In this document: piece by piece, positions 1-9,063 of the stretch
How positions within the stretch are numbered: the stretch's first letter is position 1
How the letters are laid out: the number at the start of each line of letters is the position of its first letter
Source of the DNA: Escherichia phage vB_EcoM-fFiEco06
Sequence record: NC_054914.1
Strand: one strand, 5' to 3'
Length of the DNA stretch: 64,000 nucleotides
Made by a program: the position numbers and the translations under genes
The notes under the pieces: model-generated
What the model saw: the letters and a program-made list of their open reading frames with translations, nothing else
Databases searched by the model: none
Told to the model about the DNA's origin: nothing

Positions 1-11
1 AATTTTCCTTA

Positions 12-2189
12 TTAGGCCGCAAGGGCCTTCATAGTTTTAGCGATTTGAGAAACTTCATCATCACTTAAAGAGTTGCGATATCCGATGAAGTCGGAAACAA
101 TACGGAATTTCTTGGTAAACTCAGCAACCATTTTATCACTGTTTTTTGAAGCATTATTTGATAATACATCAAAAAGATTAGTTACTGTCCAGATGTCATG
201 ACCGATGGTATCTTTTCCACCATTAAAATATACACCGCGCAATGAACTAACTATATTAGCGAGTCGTGTATATTCTTCAGAAACTTCATCTGTACTGAAG
301 TACTTCATCATAAAATCTAGTTCAGGATACTTGATAATTTTATCAATATATCGTTGAGCTGAACTTGAATAACCTACGTACTTATCATAATCTACATCAT
401 CAAAAGCATCTACATATAAATCACGCAAAGCTTCAAAAATACATTGGCACTGACCGAGTTCTTTTACCTTTTTCTGTAAAAGCGGACGAATAACATAAAA
501 TTCATTAATGCCAATAAGATTAGCCATACGAATCAAAATATTCATAGATGGATGACAAAGAGATGTAGTACCATCCATAGAGAAAATATCAGAACGATGC
601 ATATACGCTACATAACCAGTAATTTCATCTGCTTCTGATGTGAGCGTAAATAGTTCCTCTTTTTCCCAGCGTCCGTCTTTAATTTCAAACTTAAATGCTG
701 TAGCAGCTTTAGGACGAGGAGCTTTACTTTTAACTACCTTTGGAATATAGCTTTTAACTAAAGCTTCAATTTCTGACAAATAATGAATGTTAACTTCATC
801 ACTTTCAAACATCGCCATAATATCAGGAAGTAAATCAATCTGCGATTCTACTTCTGGATTAATAAACAGAAGACGCTCATTATGATGAATATTCAAAGTG
901 TTATTAAATTCACTATCATCTAACGCTCGTGCTAATCCACGGACAATATTAACACGATTTTTAATATTATCAATAACGATATTAATTTTTGTTGTATTAA
1001 TACCAAACAGACGATAACTTGATGCAACGGCTGAAGTTTCATGGCTTTGCTTAATGCGTTTCAGTCGAGGGTCAAGATTTACTTCATACACAACTCCCGC
1101 GTTGCATAACTTACTATCAGGTTCAAACATGCTTTGCATCTTCTTATATGACAGATTTTTAGTCGTAAATTTGACTGAATTACTAATCATATAATCTCGA
1201 GCAGAATACCCCATCTTCATCAATTCACGATATGTATGACGGGGAGATGTGGATTCTTTAAATCGTTTTACATCTTCATTAAATGCTTTCTCACTGAGTT
1301 CTTTAACTCGTTCAATAATATTTTTACGAGTACGATCATCCAGTGAAAGAGCCTCGCGAGATGGAGCAATATCAAGTGAACCCATTGGAAACTTAATGTA
1401 ATTCACTTCATTGCGAATGCTTAGCCAGTTACGGTCTCTAATAACACCATCGATAGGATAAACAATACCGCCATAGATAGCATATAATCCACCACGATCT
1501 GGCCAGTATCTTTCTGGATTTACGCCATAATAATCATCAAAATCCGGAAAATAATCAATTTCGCGGTCAAGACCATTAATGATAGCCAAATCTTTGAACG
1601 GTCGCATGATATAAGAAACTTCATAAGCAAAGTTTCTAAAGTCTTTTTCTTCAACTGGAACTACGATTTCAATACCAGTTTTATCATCTGGACCCATTTC
1701 TTTTACGAATGTAGGTTTAATCTGTGGGCCATCACCATCCATGTAAGCTACATAACCACGAATTTCACCTTTATGATACGAAGTAATACTAAATGTATCA
1801 GTATAACTAAACGGAGATTTAGAACCTAAACCAAACCCGCCAATAAAGTCATTAGATTCAGCCTTAGATGAACTGAAGTATGAATTATATAACCCAGGAG
1901 AATTATCATCACCCTGAATATCAAAATCACTCATACCCGGACCAAAATCTCGACAAACAAATCGCGGATCTAATCGTCCTGGAACTTGTATGATAAATTT
2001 TTCAGGATTTCCATTAAGTGCATGGGCATCAATCATATTAGTAATTAATTCACGGACTACTGCACGAATCTTGTTTGTATACAAATCAGATGACAGAATT
2101 TTAAATACTTTAGGAGATGCTGTGATGCTAAATGCTTTTGATTTAGAACCATTGCCAAGAATTGTTTCTTTTTCAGTGGTGATAATCAT
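12..2189 (-). CDS. rIIA: rIIA membrane-associated protein (rapid lysis / Rex exclusion locus)
   Basis: 725 aa ORF; sequence, length and position recalled as T-even rIIA; ATG at 2187-2189. Confidence 0.9.
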   Translation of the reverse strand: MIITTEKETILGNGSKSKAFSITASPKVFKILSSDLYTNKIRAVVRELITNMIDAHALNGNPEKFIIQVPGRLDPRFVCRDFGPGMSDFDIQGDDNSPGLYNSYFSSSKAESNDFIGGFGLGSKSPFSYTDTFSITSYHKGEIRGYVAYMDGDGPQIKPTFVKEMGPDDKTGIEIVVPVEEKDFRNFAYEVSYIMRPFKDLAIINGLDREIDYFPDFDDYYGVNPERYWPDRGGLYAIYGGIVYPIDGVIRDRNWLSIRNEVNYIKFPMGSLDIAPSREALSLDDRTRKNIIERVKELSEKAFNEDVKRFKESTSPRHTYRELMKMGYSARDYMISNSVKFTTKNLSYKKMQSMFEPDSKLCNAGVVYEVNLDPRLKRIKQSHETSAVASSYRLFGINTTKINIVIDNIKNRVNIVRGLARALDDSEFNNTLNIHHNERLLFINPEVESQIDLLPDIMAMFESDEVNIHYLSEIEALVKSYIPKVVKSKAPRPKAATAFKFEIKDGRWEKEELFTLTSEADEITGYVAYMHRSDIFSMDGTTSLCHPSMNILIRMANLIGINEFYVIRPLLQKKVKELGQCQCIFEALRDLYVDAFDDVDYDKYVGYSSSAQRYIDKIIKYPELDFMMKYFSTDEVSEEYTRLANIVSSLRGVYFNGGKDTIGHDIWTVTNLFDVLSNNASKNSDKMVAEFTKKFRIVSDFIGYRNSLSDDEVSQIAKTMKALAA

Positions 2190-2199
2190 AATTTCCTCA

Positions 2200-2403
2200 T
2201 TAATTCATATTACGCTTAATAACTTCAGCAACTTCTAGTAATTCATCTTTAGTTGCAGTGTCGGATTGAATTTTATCTCTAATATCTTTAAAGCGGTTTT
2301 TAAATTCTTCGGCTTCTCCCATATCGAAAAAGCGTTGAATGATTCTATATTCTCGATGAACTGCTTTATCAAAAAGTTCTAAATTTACTTTATATGATTT
2401 CAT
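2200..2403 (-). CDS. rIIA.1: small hypothetical protein upstream of rIIA
   Basis: 67 aa ORF immediately upstream of rIIA and downstream of an early promoter; symbol assigned by position only. Confidence 0.55.
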   Translation of the reverse strand: MKSYKVNLELFDKAVHREYRIIQRFFDMGEAEEFKNRFKDIRDKIQSDTATKDELLEVAEVIKRNMN

Positions 2404-2428
2404 TTCAATATCCTCATTTGCCCAATTA

Positions 2429-2458
2429 ATTATACCACATCCTTGTGGTAAAGTAAAC
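2429..2458 (-). promoter_or_regulatory. early promoter (GTTTAC -35, 18-nt spacer, TATAAT -10) reading toward rIIA.1/rIIA
   Basis: minus strand reads GTTTAC-N18-TATAAT; same architecture recurs upstream of many genes in the window. Confidence 0.6.
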
Positions 2459-4275
2459 TACTGGCTCATCCATTCTTTACGAAGGTCAGCATTATCTCCC
2501 ATGAGCATTTCAAAAAGCTCTTTCCAGTTCTCAGGAAGTTTAACAACATCATATACTGGATTTTGAATCATCTCACGATATTCAGATTTTTCCAAAGAGC
2601 CAAGTCCTTTAATATAACGGATGCTATGTTTAGGTAGAGCATCTTTAGCACTCTCATATTCAGCGACTGTATAAAACCATTCTTGTTTTTTACCGACCTG
2701 AGCGATGATTACAGGAGTTTTGACAAAACGAATTCTTCCTTGCTCAAACAGTTCTGGCCAATTACTAAAAAACCCGAGCAGAGAAGGATAAATGCTTCCT
2801 AGACCATCATGGTCAGCATCAGTCATAATAGCAATATTATGATAATTCAAGTTTTCAGCTTTTTCACCGAGAACTAATCCAGTGATTGCGCAAATATCAA
2901 ATAGTTCTTTGTTTTTAAGCATATCTGCATAAGACATACCCCAACTGTTGAGAACTTTACCGCGCAATGGATAACCACCGTGAAGTTCTTTATCACGAAC
3001 ATCAATAAGATATCCGATAGCCGAATCACCCTCAGTCAAGAAAAGAGTAGTGTCAGCATCTTTACCACAAAGATTCGCTTTGATATGTTTATGAACCTTA
3101 GCTTTAGAAGCCTTTTTAGCTGCTTTAGTTTCTGCTGCTTTTTCTGCCGCCAATTTACGAGCCAAAGCAGCTTCAATAATCGGCATTAGAATTGCTTCAT
3201 TATTTAGAATAGCGCGTGAAATCTTTTTAGCATCAAGTTGAATATGACTACGAATTTCGCCAAATGGAGAAGTCAAACGCTCTTTAGTTTGAGAATCAAA
3301 TCGCATGTTTTTCATATCACGAACAAACATAACGATAGTCAAACATTCTTTAACACGCGCTTTAGTTACATCAATTTTGAACTTACGTTTGATTTGTGGA
3401 ATAAGGTCTTCACAAATATCATCCATAACACAGTCAATGTGATGGCCACCATTCTTAGTGTGAATGTTATTGACGTATGTTAATTGACGAAAACCATCCG
3501 GTGAACGACCAACCGCAATAGAACAATTTTCTTGTTCTTGAACAATAGCATGCTCATCATATTGGCGTGCATATTTCTTAAAATTGCCCTGAACCTTTTT
3601 ACCATTAAAGGTAAATTGAATATCAGGATAAACTACTGCAAGTGTCTGGAGACGATCTAGTGTAATGTCAAGATAAACTTGGGACAGCTCATTAGTTTCA
3701 AATGACATAAAATCAGGAATGAAAGTAACACGAGTTCCTTTCCATTTTCCAGGAATAGTTTCCCACGATTTATTTTCCATGCCATTTGAACAACGAACTA
3801 CAATATTATTTTGACCATCACCAGTTTCACCGACAAACATCACAGAAAAAATGTTTGTCAAACTAGAACCAACACCATTCATACCGCCAGTGACGCGTTC
3901 TTTATCATCACCGAAGTTACCACCTGCTTTTGGAATAGTCCATGCAGCAACAGGACCAGGAATTTCTTCACCGGTAGGTGTTTTAACCATCGCCTGCGGA
4001 ATACCACGACCGTTATCTTCAACTGTTACTTGATTGTTTTTAATAGTAACATTAATTTTATTTGCGAATTTAAACTTAGTACGAATACCTTCATCTACTG
4101 AGTTATCGATAATTTCATCAATAAGCTTAACAAGACCAGGTACATACTGAACACTTTCCCATTTACCAAACAGAAAGCGCTCATGCATTTCATTAGCAGA
4201 AGAGCCAATATACATGCCGCTACGCTTTTTGATATGTTCAATATCGCTCAGAATTTTAATTTCATTCTTAATCAT
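2458..4275 (-). CDS. 39: DNA topoisomerase II large subunit, GyrB-like ATPase plus Toprim, continuous (fused 39+60 form)
   Basis: GHKL motifs EDNGRGIP and GMNGVG, Toprim motifs LTEGDSA and IMTDADHDG; ATG at 4273-4275, track start 4278 is GTG; about 605 aa. Confidence 0.9.
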   Translation of the reverse strand: MIKNEIKILSDIEHIKKRSGMYIGSSANEMHERFLFGKWESVQYVPGLVKLIDEIIDNSVDEGIRTKFKFANKINVTIKNNQVTVEDNGRGIPQAMVKTPTGEEIPGPVAAWTIPKAGGNFGDDKERVTGGMNGVGSSLTNIFSVMFVGETGDGQNNIVVRCSNGMENKSWETIPGKWKGTRVTFIPDFMSFETNELSQVYLDITLDRLQTLAVVYPDIQFTFNGKKVQGNFKKYARQYDEHAIVQEQENCSIAVGRSPDGFRQLTYVNNIHTKNGGHHIDCVMDDICEDLIPQIKRKFKIDVTKARVKECLTIVMFVRDMKNMRFDSQTKERLTSPFGEIRSHIQLDAKKISRAILNNEAILMPIIEAALARKLAAEKAAETKAAKKASKAKVHKHIKANLCGKDADTTLFLTEGDSAIGYLIDVRDKELHGGYPLRGKVLNSWGMSYADMLKNKELFDICAITGLVLGEKAENLNYHNIAIMTDADHDGLGSIYPSLLGFFSNWPELFEQGRIRFVKTPVIIAQVGKKQEWFYTVAEYESAKDALPKHSIRYIKGLGSLEKSEYREMIQNPVYDVVKLPENWKELFEMLMGDNADLRKEWMSQ

Positions 4276-4327
4276 CACTTATCCTCGTTTGGTTTCGGGA
4301 ATATTATACTCCGGTAATCATAAAGCT

Positions 4328-4347
4328 AAAGGCCCGAAGGCCTTTTA
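4328..4347 (-). terminator. C(UUCG)G-type hairpin between 39.1-like ORF and gene 39
   Basis: plus aaaggcc-cgaa-ggccttt; RNA stem AAAGGCC loop UUCG; weak U tract. Confidence 0.45.
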
Positions 4348-4614
4348 TTTAAAACGAATAGTCGAATCCTTGAAGAATAGTCCAGAACATACTGTTCCTT
4401 CTACTTTCTGCCCAGTAGGTCCAATAGCACGAAATCCAGTATGCTGGAAATCATTTTCAGAGCAACCGAACCAATTATATCCAGTGATTTCAATATTAGT
4501 AAAACCACTTGAAGACAAAACTTTGGTTGCATTATCAGCATCAGTACATCCTATTAAAGACACTGCTAATACTAATGCTGCGATAGAACGATTAATATAT
4601 TTCATAATTTTCAC
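4345..4614 (-). CDS. putative lipoprotein
   Basis: 89 aa; N-terminal signal with lipobox-like LIGC. Confidence 0.6.
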   Translation of the reverse strand: MKIMKYINRSIAALVLAVSLIGCTDADNATKVLSSSGFTNIEITGYNWFGCSENDFQHTGFRAIGPTGQKVEGTVCSGLFFKDSTIRFK

Positions 4615-4982
4615 TTAAATTTAATGGCTTGAAGAAGACTAATAACTCTCAAGCGGCTTCTTTCATCTTTAACTGTAAAAGAAAGAGGGTCACCAGATTT
4701 CATAGTGATAGTGCATTCAAAAGCAAAACCTTCGGGAACTTCTTCGAAGAAGTCAAATTCTTCATCATATATTAGAACATTACTCTGAAAACTGTGAAGA
4801 ATTTTTCCGTCATTTCCAGATGCTGTACTAATCATTGTAACGTTATTACCTTTCATATCTTCAACGATAAATTCGCTTGTAGATATTACAGCATTAATAG
4901 AACCATTCCTATAAATAGCAGAAAATAGATATTTCTTTTCTTCACCTTCGCGAATGCGATATTTCTTACCGATTTTAAACAT
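4611..4982 (-). CDS. hypothetical protein
   Basis: 123 aa ORF; ATGA overlap with downstream ORF. Confidence 0.6.
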   Translation of the reverse strand: MFKIGKKYRIREGEEKKYLFSAIYRNGSINAVISTSEFIVEDMKGNNVTMISTASGNDGKILHSFQSNVLIYDEEFDFFEEVPEGFAFECTITMKSGDPLSFTVKDERSRLRVISLLQAIKFK

Positions 4983-4984
4983 AA

Positions 4985-5161
4985 TTACCCTTTAAGTAAG
5001 TCGTAAAATCCGCCATTCACATGCTTAGGGGCAGAGACTAACCGAATAGCAATCCGATGACAATCAGGACATACATCAGTATCTCTTTCAGAAATTTTCT
5101 TGATTTTTTCGTATTCTTTTGCGCAGTCTTTTGATTGACATTTATAATCATAAAGCGGCAT
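4985..5161 (-). CDS. FmdB-like zinc-ribbon small protein
   Basis: 58 aa ORF absent from the track; begins MPLYDYKCQSKDC and has a second CPDC pair; start 2 nt after upstream stop. Confidence 0.5.
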   Translation of the reverse strand: MPLYDYKCQSKDCAKEYEKIKKISERDTDVCPDCHRIAIRLVSAPKHVNGGFYDLLKG

Positions 5162-5163
5162 AA

Positions 5164-5577
5164 TTATTCCTTAAAGTGAGCTTTCAACATCTGATACAAG
5201 GACCATGCCTGTTCATCATTTTCAATAGTAACTTTCATTACAGGGAATTTAGATTGATCAGTTATCGGTGCAGATTCTTCCTGCTCTTCAGCTGCCTGGT
5301 ATGGATTTTCAACTTCATTAAAGAATTCAGCTTCATTCGATGAAAGCCAAATAAAATCTTCATCCAAAATATCTTTACCAGAAGATAGTACTAAATTTCC
5401 AGCAAATGACATAATTTTAATAGGACGCCCAAGAGCATCCACATCTAAAATTTTAAAAGGATGCATACCTAAACGGCGTGCATAGATTCCGTTATCAGTA
5501 TGGTCTTTAATAAAATTTTCTTGAGCTTGTTTATTTTTAAATTGATACCATTTATTAACTTCAAATTTAATAGCCAT
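5164..5577 (-). CDS. hypothetical acidic protein
   Basis: 137 aa ORF. Confidence 0.6.
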   Translation of the reverse strand: MAIKFEVNKWYQFKNKQAQENFIKDHTDNGIYARRLGMHPFKILDVDALGRPIKIMSFAGNLVLSSGKDILDEDFIWLSSNEAEFFNEVENPYQAAEEQEESAPITDQSKFPVMKVTIENDEQAWSLYQMLKAHFKE

Positions 5578-5795
5578 TAATAAATTTCCTTCCAGTAAGT
5601 TGTACCATCTTCAGTGATTTCACGAAATACACCGTAAATTGGTTGTTTATCACCGACTTTCTCATATACATAAACCGAAGTCAAGTGAGTAAACTTGATA
5701 GTGTGTTCCTTTTGAACTACTACCAAATCTGGATCGAATAATACATCTTCAAATTCATCATTAGTGCAATTCTGAACAATTTTACGTTTCATCAT
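5577..5795 (-). CDS. hypothetical protein
   Basis: 72 aa ORF; overlaps downstream ORF by 1 nt. Confidence 0.55.
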   Translation of the reverse strand: MMKRKIVQNCTNDEFEDVLFDPDLVVVQKEHTIKFTHLTSVYVYEKVGDKQPIYGVFREITEDGTTYWKEIY

Positions 5796-5893
5796 AATTT
5801 CCTCATTAATTGAACATTGGAGCGATGCGTTTCAGAAGAGTATCAGCGCACCTTTAACGAATTATCCATTTTATTCTTCAAGTTGTTTTCTGT

Positions 5894-5936
5894 ATCAGTA
5901 GTTGATATTGATATAGTACCATAATCAACTACTGAT
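5894..5936. repeat. 13-bp perfect inverted repeat (stem-loop) in a 170-bp intergenic gap
   Basis: atcagtagttgat ... atcaactactgat separated by 17 nt. Confidence 0.7.
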
Positions 5937-5966
5937 GTATATAGTTTTATGAAAAAATTTTAAACT

Positions 5967-6458
5967 TTATGCAAAGCGAGCTTTGCTGTAGTGTTTAATC
6001 CAACTTTCAGGAATGACTTTGTATGTTCCTAAAAATACCGCGTTGTATAACTTAACGCCATCTTCTACCCATTGATCAGTAATGTATGCACACATAGCGC
6101 GAGTACGCTGAGGAAGTGGTTGTCCACCTTCGGTAAATTCAAACTCATAAGGAGCAATGAACTTGATAGCTTGACCAAGTTTCCACTTAAAGTCTACACC
6201 TACATGCGAAGTATCAATCGTTTCAATTCCTTTAGCAGGAACAGCTTTCAAAAACGCAGGCTCAAGAAATTTCCATCGAACATAACCAAACTGGGGCTTA
6301 GACATTCCATCTTTAGCAATGATACGTACTTTTACTTCAGAATCTTCATCTTTAACACCGTGTTTAAGCTGAATGCTTACAACTTCGACCAATTTTCCTG
6401 CTGCTTTAGAACGGGATTTATCAGATACACGAGCAATTTCACCGATATTAATATTCAT
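5967..6458 (-). CDS. motB: MotB-like protein (modifier of transcription)
   Basis: 163 aa; assigned by size and position between cef-region ORFs and dexA; shares C-terminal domain with the next ORF. Confidence 0.5.
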   Translation of the reverse strand: MNINIGEIARVSDKSRSKAAGKLVEVVSIQLKHGVKDEDSEVKVRIIAKDGMSKPQFGYVRWKFLEPAFLKAVPAKGIETIDTSHVGVDFKWKLGQAIKFIAPYEFEFTEGGQPLPQRTRAMCAYITDQWVEDGVKLYNAVFLGTYKVIPESWIKHYSKARFA

Positions 6459-6531
6459 AATTATCTCTCACTTGTTAAAAAGATTTTATACTCCACAGGA
6501 CCATTATACTCTGGTCCCAAGAGTTTGTAAA

Positions 6532-7080
6532 CTAGCTTACACGAACATTAATCACTGCGCTACGAGGAACTACAGAGTATTCTCCAGCATGAACTACGTT
6601 CAGAAGTTCAACGCCATCTTCAATCCACTGGTCTGTTACCCAACCACAGATAGGATTATCAAAAGGACGACGGATAGACACAGCAGCACACAACAGGTCT
6701 GTAGGGTCTTGTTCTTCAACTTCTTGGAACAGGATGAACTCATCTTCATAAACCAGGTTTTTCTTTATTTTGTTATTATCTAACCGGCGACCGTGGATGA
6801 CGTAAGATTTGTCAAACCACTCACTTTTGGCAAATTCTTCAACAATAAATTCGCCTTCGCCAAAAACATCAGTCAGAGTTTTATGACCAGAAATCAAGGC
6901 ATTAGTTTTAATTTTAGGTTCAACCAGTTTGTAGGTTTTGCCGATTTCAATAGCGGTAGTCATAGTAGGTTCCTTAATTTCCAGTGGTTTAACAGGGCAT
7001 ACATAAGTGCTTACAACATCAAAATCAATCAGTTTAGCTACCGGATTTGGTATGTATTCAGGATTATAATTAAATTTCAT
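6532..7080 (-). CDS. hypothetical protein, paralog of MotB-like C-terminal domain
   Basis: 182 aa; motif VTDQWIEDGVELLNVVHAGEYSVVPRS parallels ITDQWVEDGVKLYNAVFLGTYKVIPES in 5967..6458. Confidence 0.6.
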   Translation of the reverse strand: MKFNYNPEYIPNPVAKLIDFDVVSTYVCPVKPLEIKEPTMTTAIEIGKTYKLVEPKIKTNALISGHKTLTDVFGEGEFIVEEFAKSEWFDKSYVIHGRRLDNNKIKKNLVYEDEFILFQEVEEQDPTDLLCAAVSIRRPFDNPICGWVTDQWIEDGVELLNVVHAGEYSVVPRSAVINVRVS

Positions 7081-7082
7081 AA

Positions 7083-7583
7083 TTATCTCATTTCAATAAA
7101 ATCTACGAGTTCAGCATGCGATTTGCGGAACATTACTTGGTGCCCACCAATGATAACTTCATCTTCAGGAACTTCGTATACAGCGAGATAAAATCCTTTA
7201 GAAGATAATTCTTCCCGCTCTTCTCGTGTGAACCATCTCATCATATCATATTCACTAGCGAAAGCAAAATGATAAAGACCTATAAACCATCCTGGAATAT
7301 GATATTCTACTCCAACATAATCTTTCTTGAACTTAGTATTAATTACTATATTAGCGTTTTTAACTAATAGTTTATCTTCGTGTGGTAAAGGAATTCTTTT
7401 ATTATTATCGCTATGATGCATAAAATTAGGTCTGTCATAACCTACGTGTAATAGCCACTCTTCGCTCCATGAATCTATTATACTCCTGTACGGCGTTATT
7501 TGAACACAAAGATTTCGACGTATTGTTATAGCATCTTCATAATCAAGAATACTAAACGATGATTCAACACGATAAATTTTCAT
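7083..7583 (-). CDS. hypothetical protein
   Basis: track ORF starts at 7622 but the early promoter -10 lies at 7611-7616; internal ATG at 7583 has a GAGGA Shine-Dalgarno. Confidence 0.5.
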   Translation of the reverse strand: MKIYRVESSFSILDYEDAITIRRNLCVQITPYRSIIDSWSEEWLLHVGYDRPNFMHHSDNNKRIPLPHEDKLLVKNANIVINTKFKKDYVGVEYHIPGWFIGLYHFAFASEYDMMRWFTREEREELSSKGFYLAVYEVPEDEVIIGGHQVMFRKSHAELVDFIEMR

Positions 7584-7610
7584 TTTATTATCCTCAGTAG
7601 CTATGGTGTT

Positions 7611-7640
7611 ATAATACCACAACTAACCGAGGAAGTAAAC
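7611..7640 (-). promoter_or_regulatory. early promoter
   Basis: GTTTAC-N18-TATTAT on minus strand. Confidence 0.55.
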
Positions 7641-7646
7641 AACTTT

Positions 7647-8330
7647 TTATCGTTTTGTTGGAAGAGATAGAGGATCGCAATCTTCCTCTGATGGAGCATC
7701 TTCAAGACCCATAGCATATCGCAAAGCATACTTCATCATCAGGATGTCTTTCGCACAGTCATGGATAGAATCATGCGCAACGAATCCATCTAAAGTTCCT
7801 TTTGGAAGAGGACACGTGGTCATATCACGAACAAGTAGAAGTGCTTCAATTCTGGTACGAATATCACGCTGATTCCAGAATTTACATGGTTCTAACTTAA
7901 ATGTGTCAAGCTCATTCTCAGAAACACCATTAAGACGTTGAATATCACGAATGAGATCGACTAAAATTGGAAAATCAAACGACATTCCACGGCACCAGCC
8001 TTGAGATTTCCAAGGATCGATATTATGTGCATTGATGTAATCATTAAATTTTGCAATACCATCGATAGTGCTTACATCTTCATCTGATGGTGCAATATTT
8101 TTTCGAGCTTCAGGAGATTGGTTCTTCCACCATTCAATAGTGCTTTTAGTAAAAAGACGATGTCCTTTTTGGCTTTTTAAATCAAATTTGATTTTAATGC
8201 CGCGTGAAACTAATTCATCAAATGTTTCAACTACTTCTGGGTTAGGGTCAAAAGCAATTACAGCTAAATCAATAACAGCTGCCTTTTCGCCGCTTCCCAT
8301 TGTTTCAAAATCTATAATAAAATCAAACAT
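7647..8330 (-). CDS. dexA: exonuclease A, DnaQ-like 3'-5' exonuclease
   Basis: 227 aa; DFETMG exo motif near N-terminus; size and position match T4 dexA. Confidence 0.85.
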   Translation of the reverse strand: MFDFIIDFETMGSGEKAAVIDLAVIAFDPNPEVVETFDELVSRGIKIKFDLKSQKGHRLFTKSTIEWWKNQSPEARKNIAPSDEDVSTIDGIAKFNDYINAHNIDPWKSQGWCRGMSFDFPILVDLIRDIQRLNGVSENELDTFKLEPCKFWNQRDIRTRIEALLLVRDMTTCPLPKGTLDGFVAHDSIHDCAKDILMMKYALRYAMGLEDAPSEEDCDPLSLPTKR

Positions 8331-8605
8331 TAAATTTTCCTTGCTAAATCGCGAATTTGACCTACAGTATAATCTTGAATATAAACTTTATTAATAGGTT
8401 CATCAATAAATTTTGCCATAGATTCAATATCTTTTTGTATCTCTTCAAGACTGTATACTATCTTTGAAGCTTTTTCGCGAATAGTAATATTATCAGGCCC
8501 CGGATTTTCCTCAATGACAGCTTTAACATTTGTCATAAGAGATTTAAACTGATGCAAACTTAATTCAATCATTAATAACCGCCTTATAAAGATGGCTAAT
8601 TTCAC
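8330..8605 (-). CDS. hypothetical protein
   Basis: 91 aa ORF; 1-nt overlap with dexA start. Confidence 0.55.
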   Translation of the reverse strand: MKLAIFIRRLLMIELSLHQFKSLMTNVKAVIEENPGPDNITIREKASKIVYSLEEIQKDIESMAKFIDEPINKVYIQDYTVGQIRDLARKI

Positions 8606-8825
8606 CTAAAACATAATCACCGATTGTAACAGTTTTTACTTCACCACAAAAGAATTCTAACGCAATCAAATCTCGTTCAATTTCTTCCAATTGAAGCATT
8701 AACTTACCAGATTCAATTTTTACATTTCTACGATTTTTACTATAAGCTATTTCATAAATTTCGCTCACTTTATCTTGAAGAAGATAAAACTGATCTTTAG
8801 TTATTTCCACGAATAGCTTCCTCAA
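8565..8825 (-). CDS. hypothetical protein, paralog of 8330..8605
   Basis: 86 aa; TVTIGDYVLGEISHL resembles YIQDYTVGQIRDL in neighbour; start uncertain (41-nt overlap). Confidence 0.5.
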   Translation of the reverse strand: MRKLFVEITKDQFYLLQDKVSEIYEIAYSKNRRNVKIESGKLMLQLEEIERDLIALEFFCGEVKTVTIGDYVLGEISHLYKAVIND

Positions 8826-9057
8826 ATTTAATTAGTAATTTACAGACACTTTCATCTAATGTAATTACTGTATCTGTATTACTATGATATGATTGTTTTT
8901 CAATTCGTTTAATTGCTAATATAGTATCACTTATAAGATAAAGCTTATGAAGGAGCTCAGCTCCTGTTACCATAACATTAAGATTATCTTGCTTATTAGT
9001 ATGCTTCCTTATACCATCTATTAGACGATTTAAATATTTTGAATTGATGTTAATCAT
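8797..9057 (-). CDS. hypothetical protein
   Basis: 86 aa ORF between dexA-region ORFs and dda. Confidence 0.5.
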   Translation of the reverse strand: MININSKYLNRLIDGIRKHTNKQDNLNVMVTGAELLHKLYLISDTILAIKRIEKQSYHSNTDTVITLDESVCKLLIKFEEAIRGNN

Positions 9058-9063
9058 ATATCC

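Noticed and set aside
1-30. Possible hairpin aggcc-gcaag-ggcct at the window start
   Set aside because: Only a 5-bp stem, cut by the window edge and overlapping the rIIA stop; cannot be evaluated.
1990-2238. Plus-strand 82-aa ORF overlapping the 5' end of rIIA
   Set aside because: Antisense to a well-supported gene, no ribosome-binding site or promoter, low-complexity translation; typical shadow ORF.
2980-4101. Several plus-strand ORFs (2980..3189, 3238..3483, 3811..4101, 3851..4033) inside the topoisomerase gene
   Set aside because: All antisense to a conserved enzyme gene; Cys/Phe-rich low-complexity products typical of AT-rich antisense frames.
4214-4618. Plus-strand 134-aa ORF
   Set aside because: Antisense to the lipoprotein ORF and gene 39 start; no translation signals.
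6072-7191. Plus-strand ORFs 6072..6530, 6373..6783, 6793..7191
   Set aside because: Antisense to the MotB-like paralog pair; no start-site signals.
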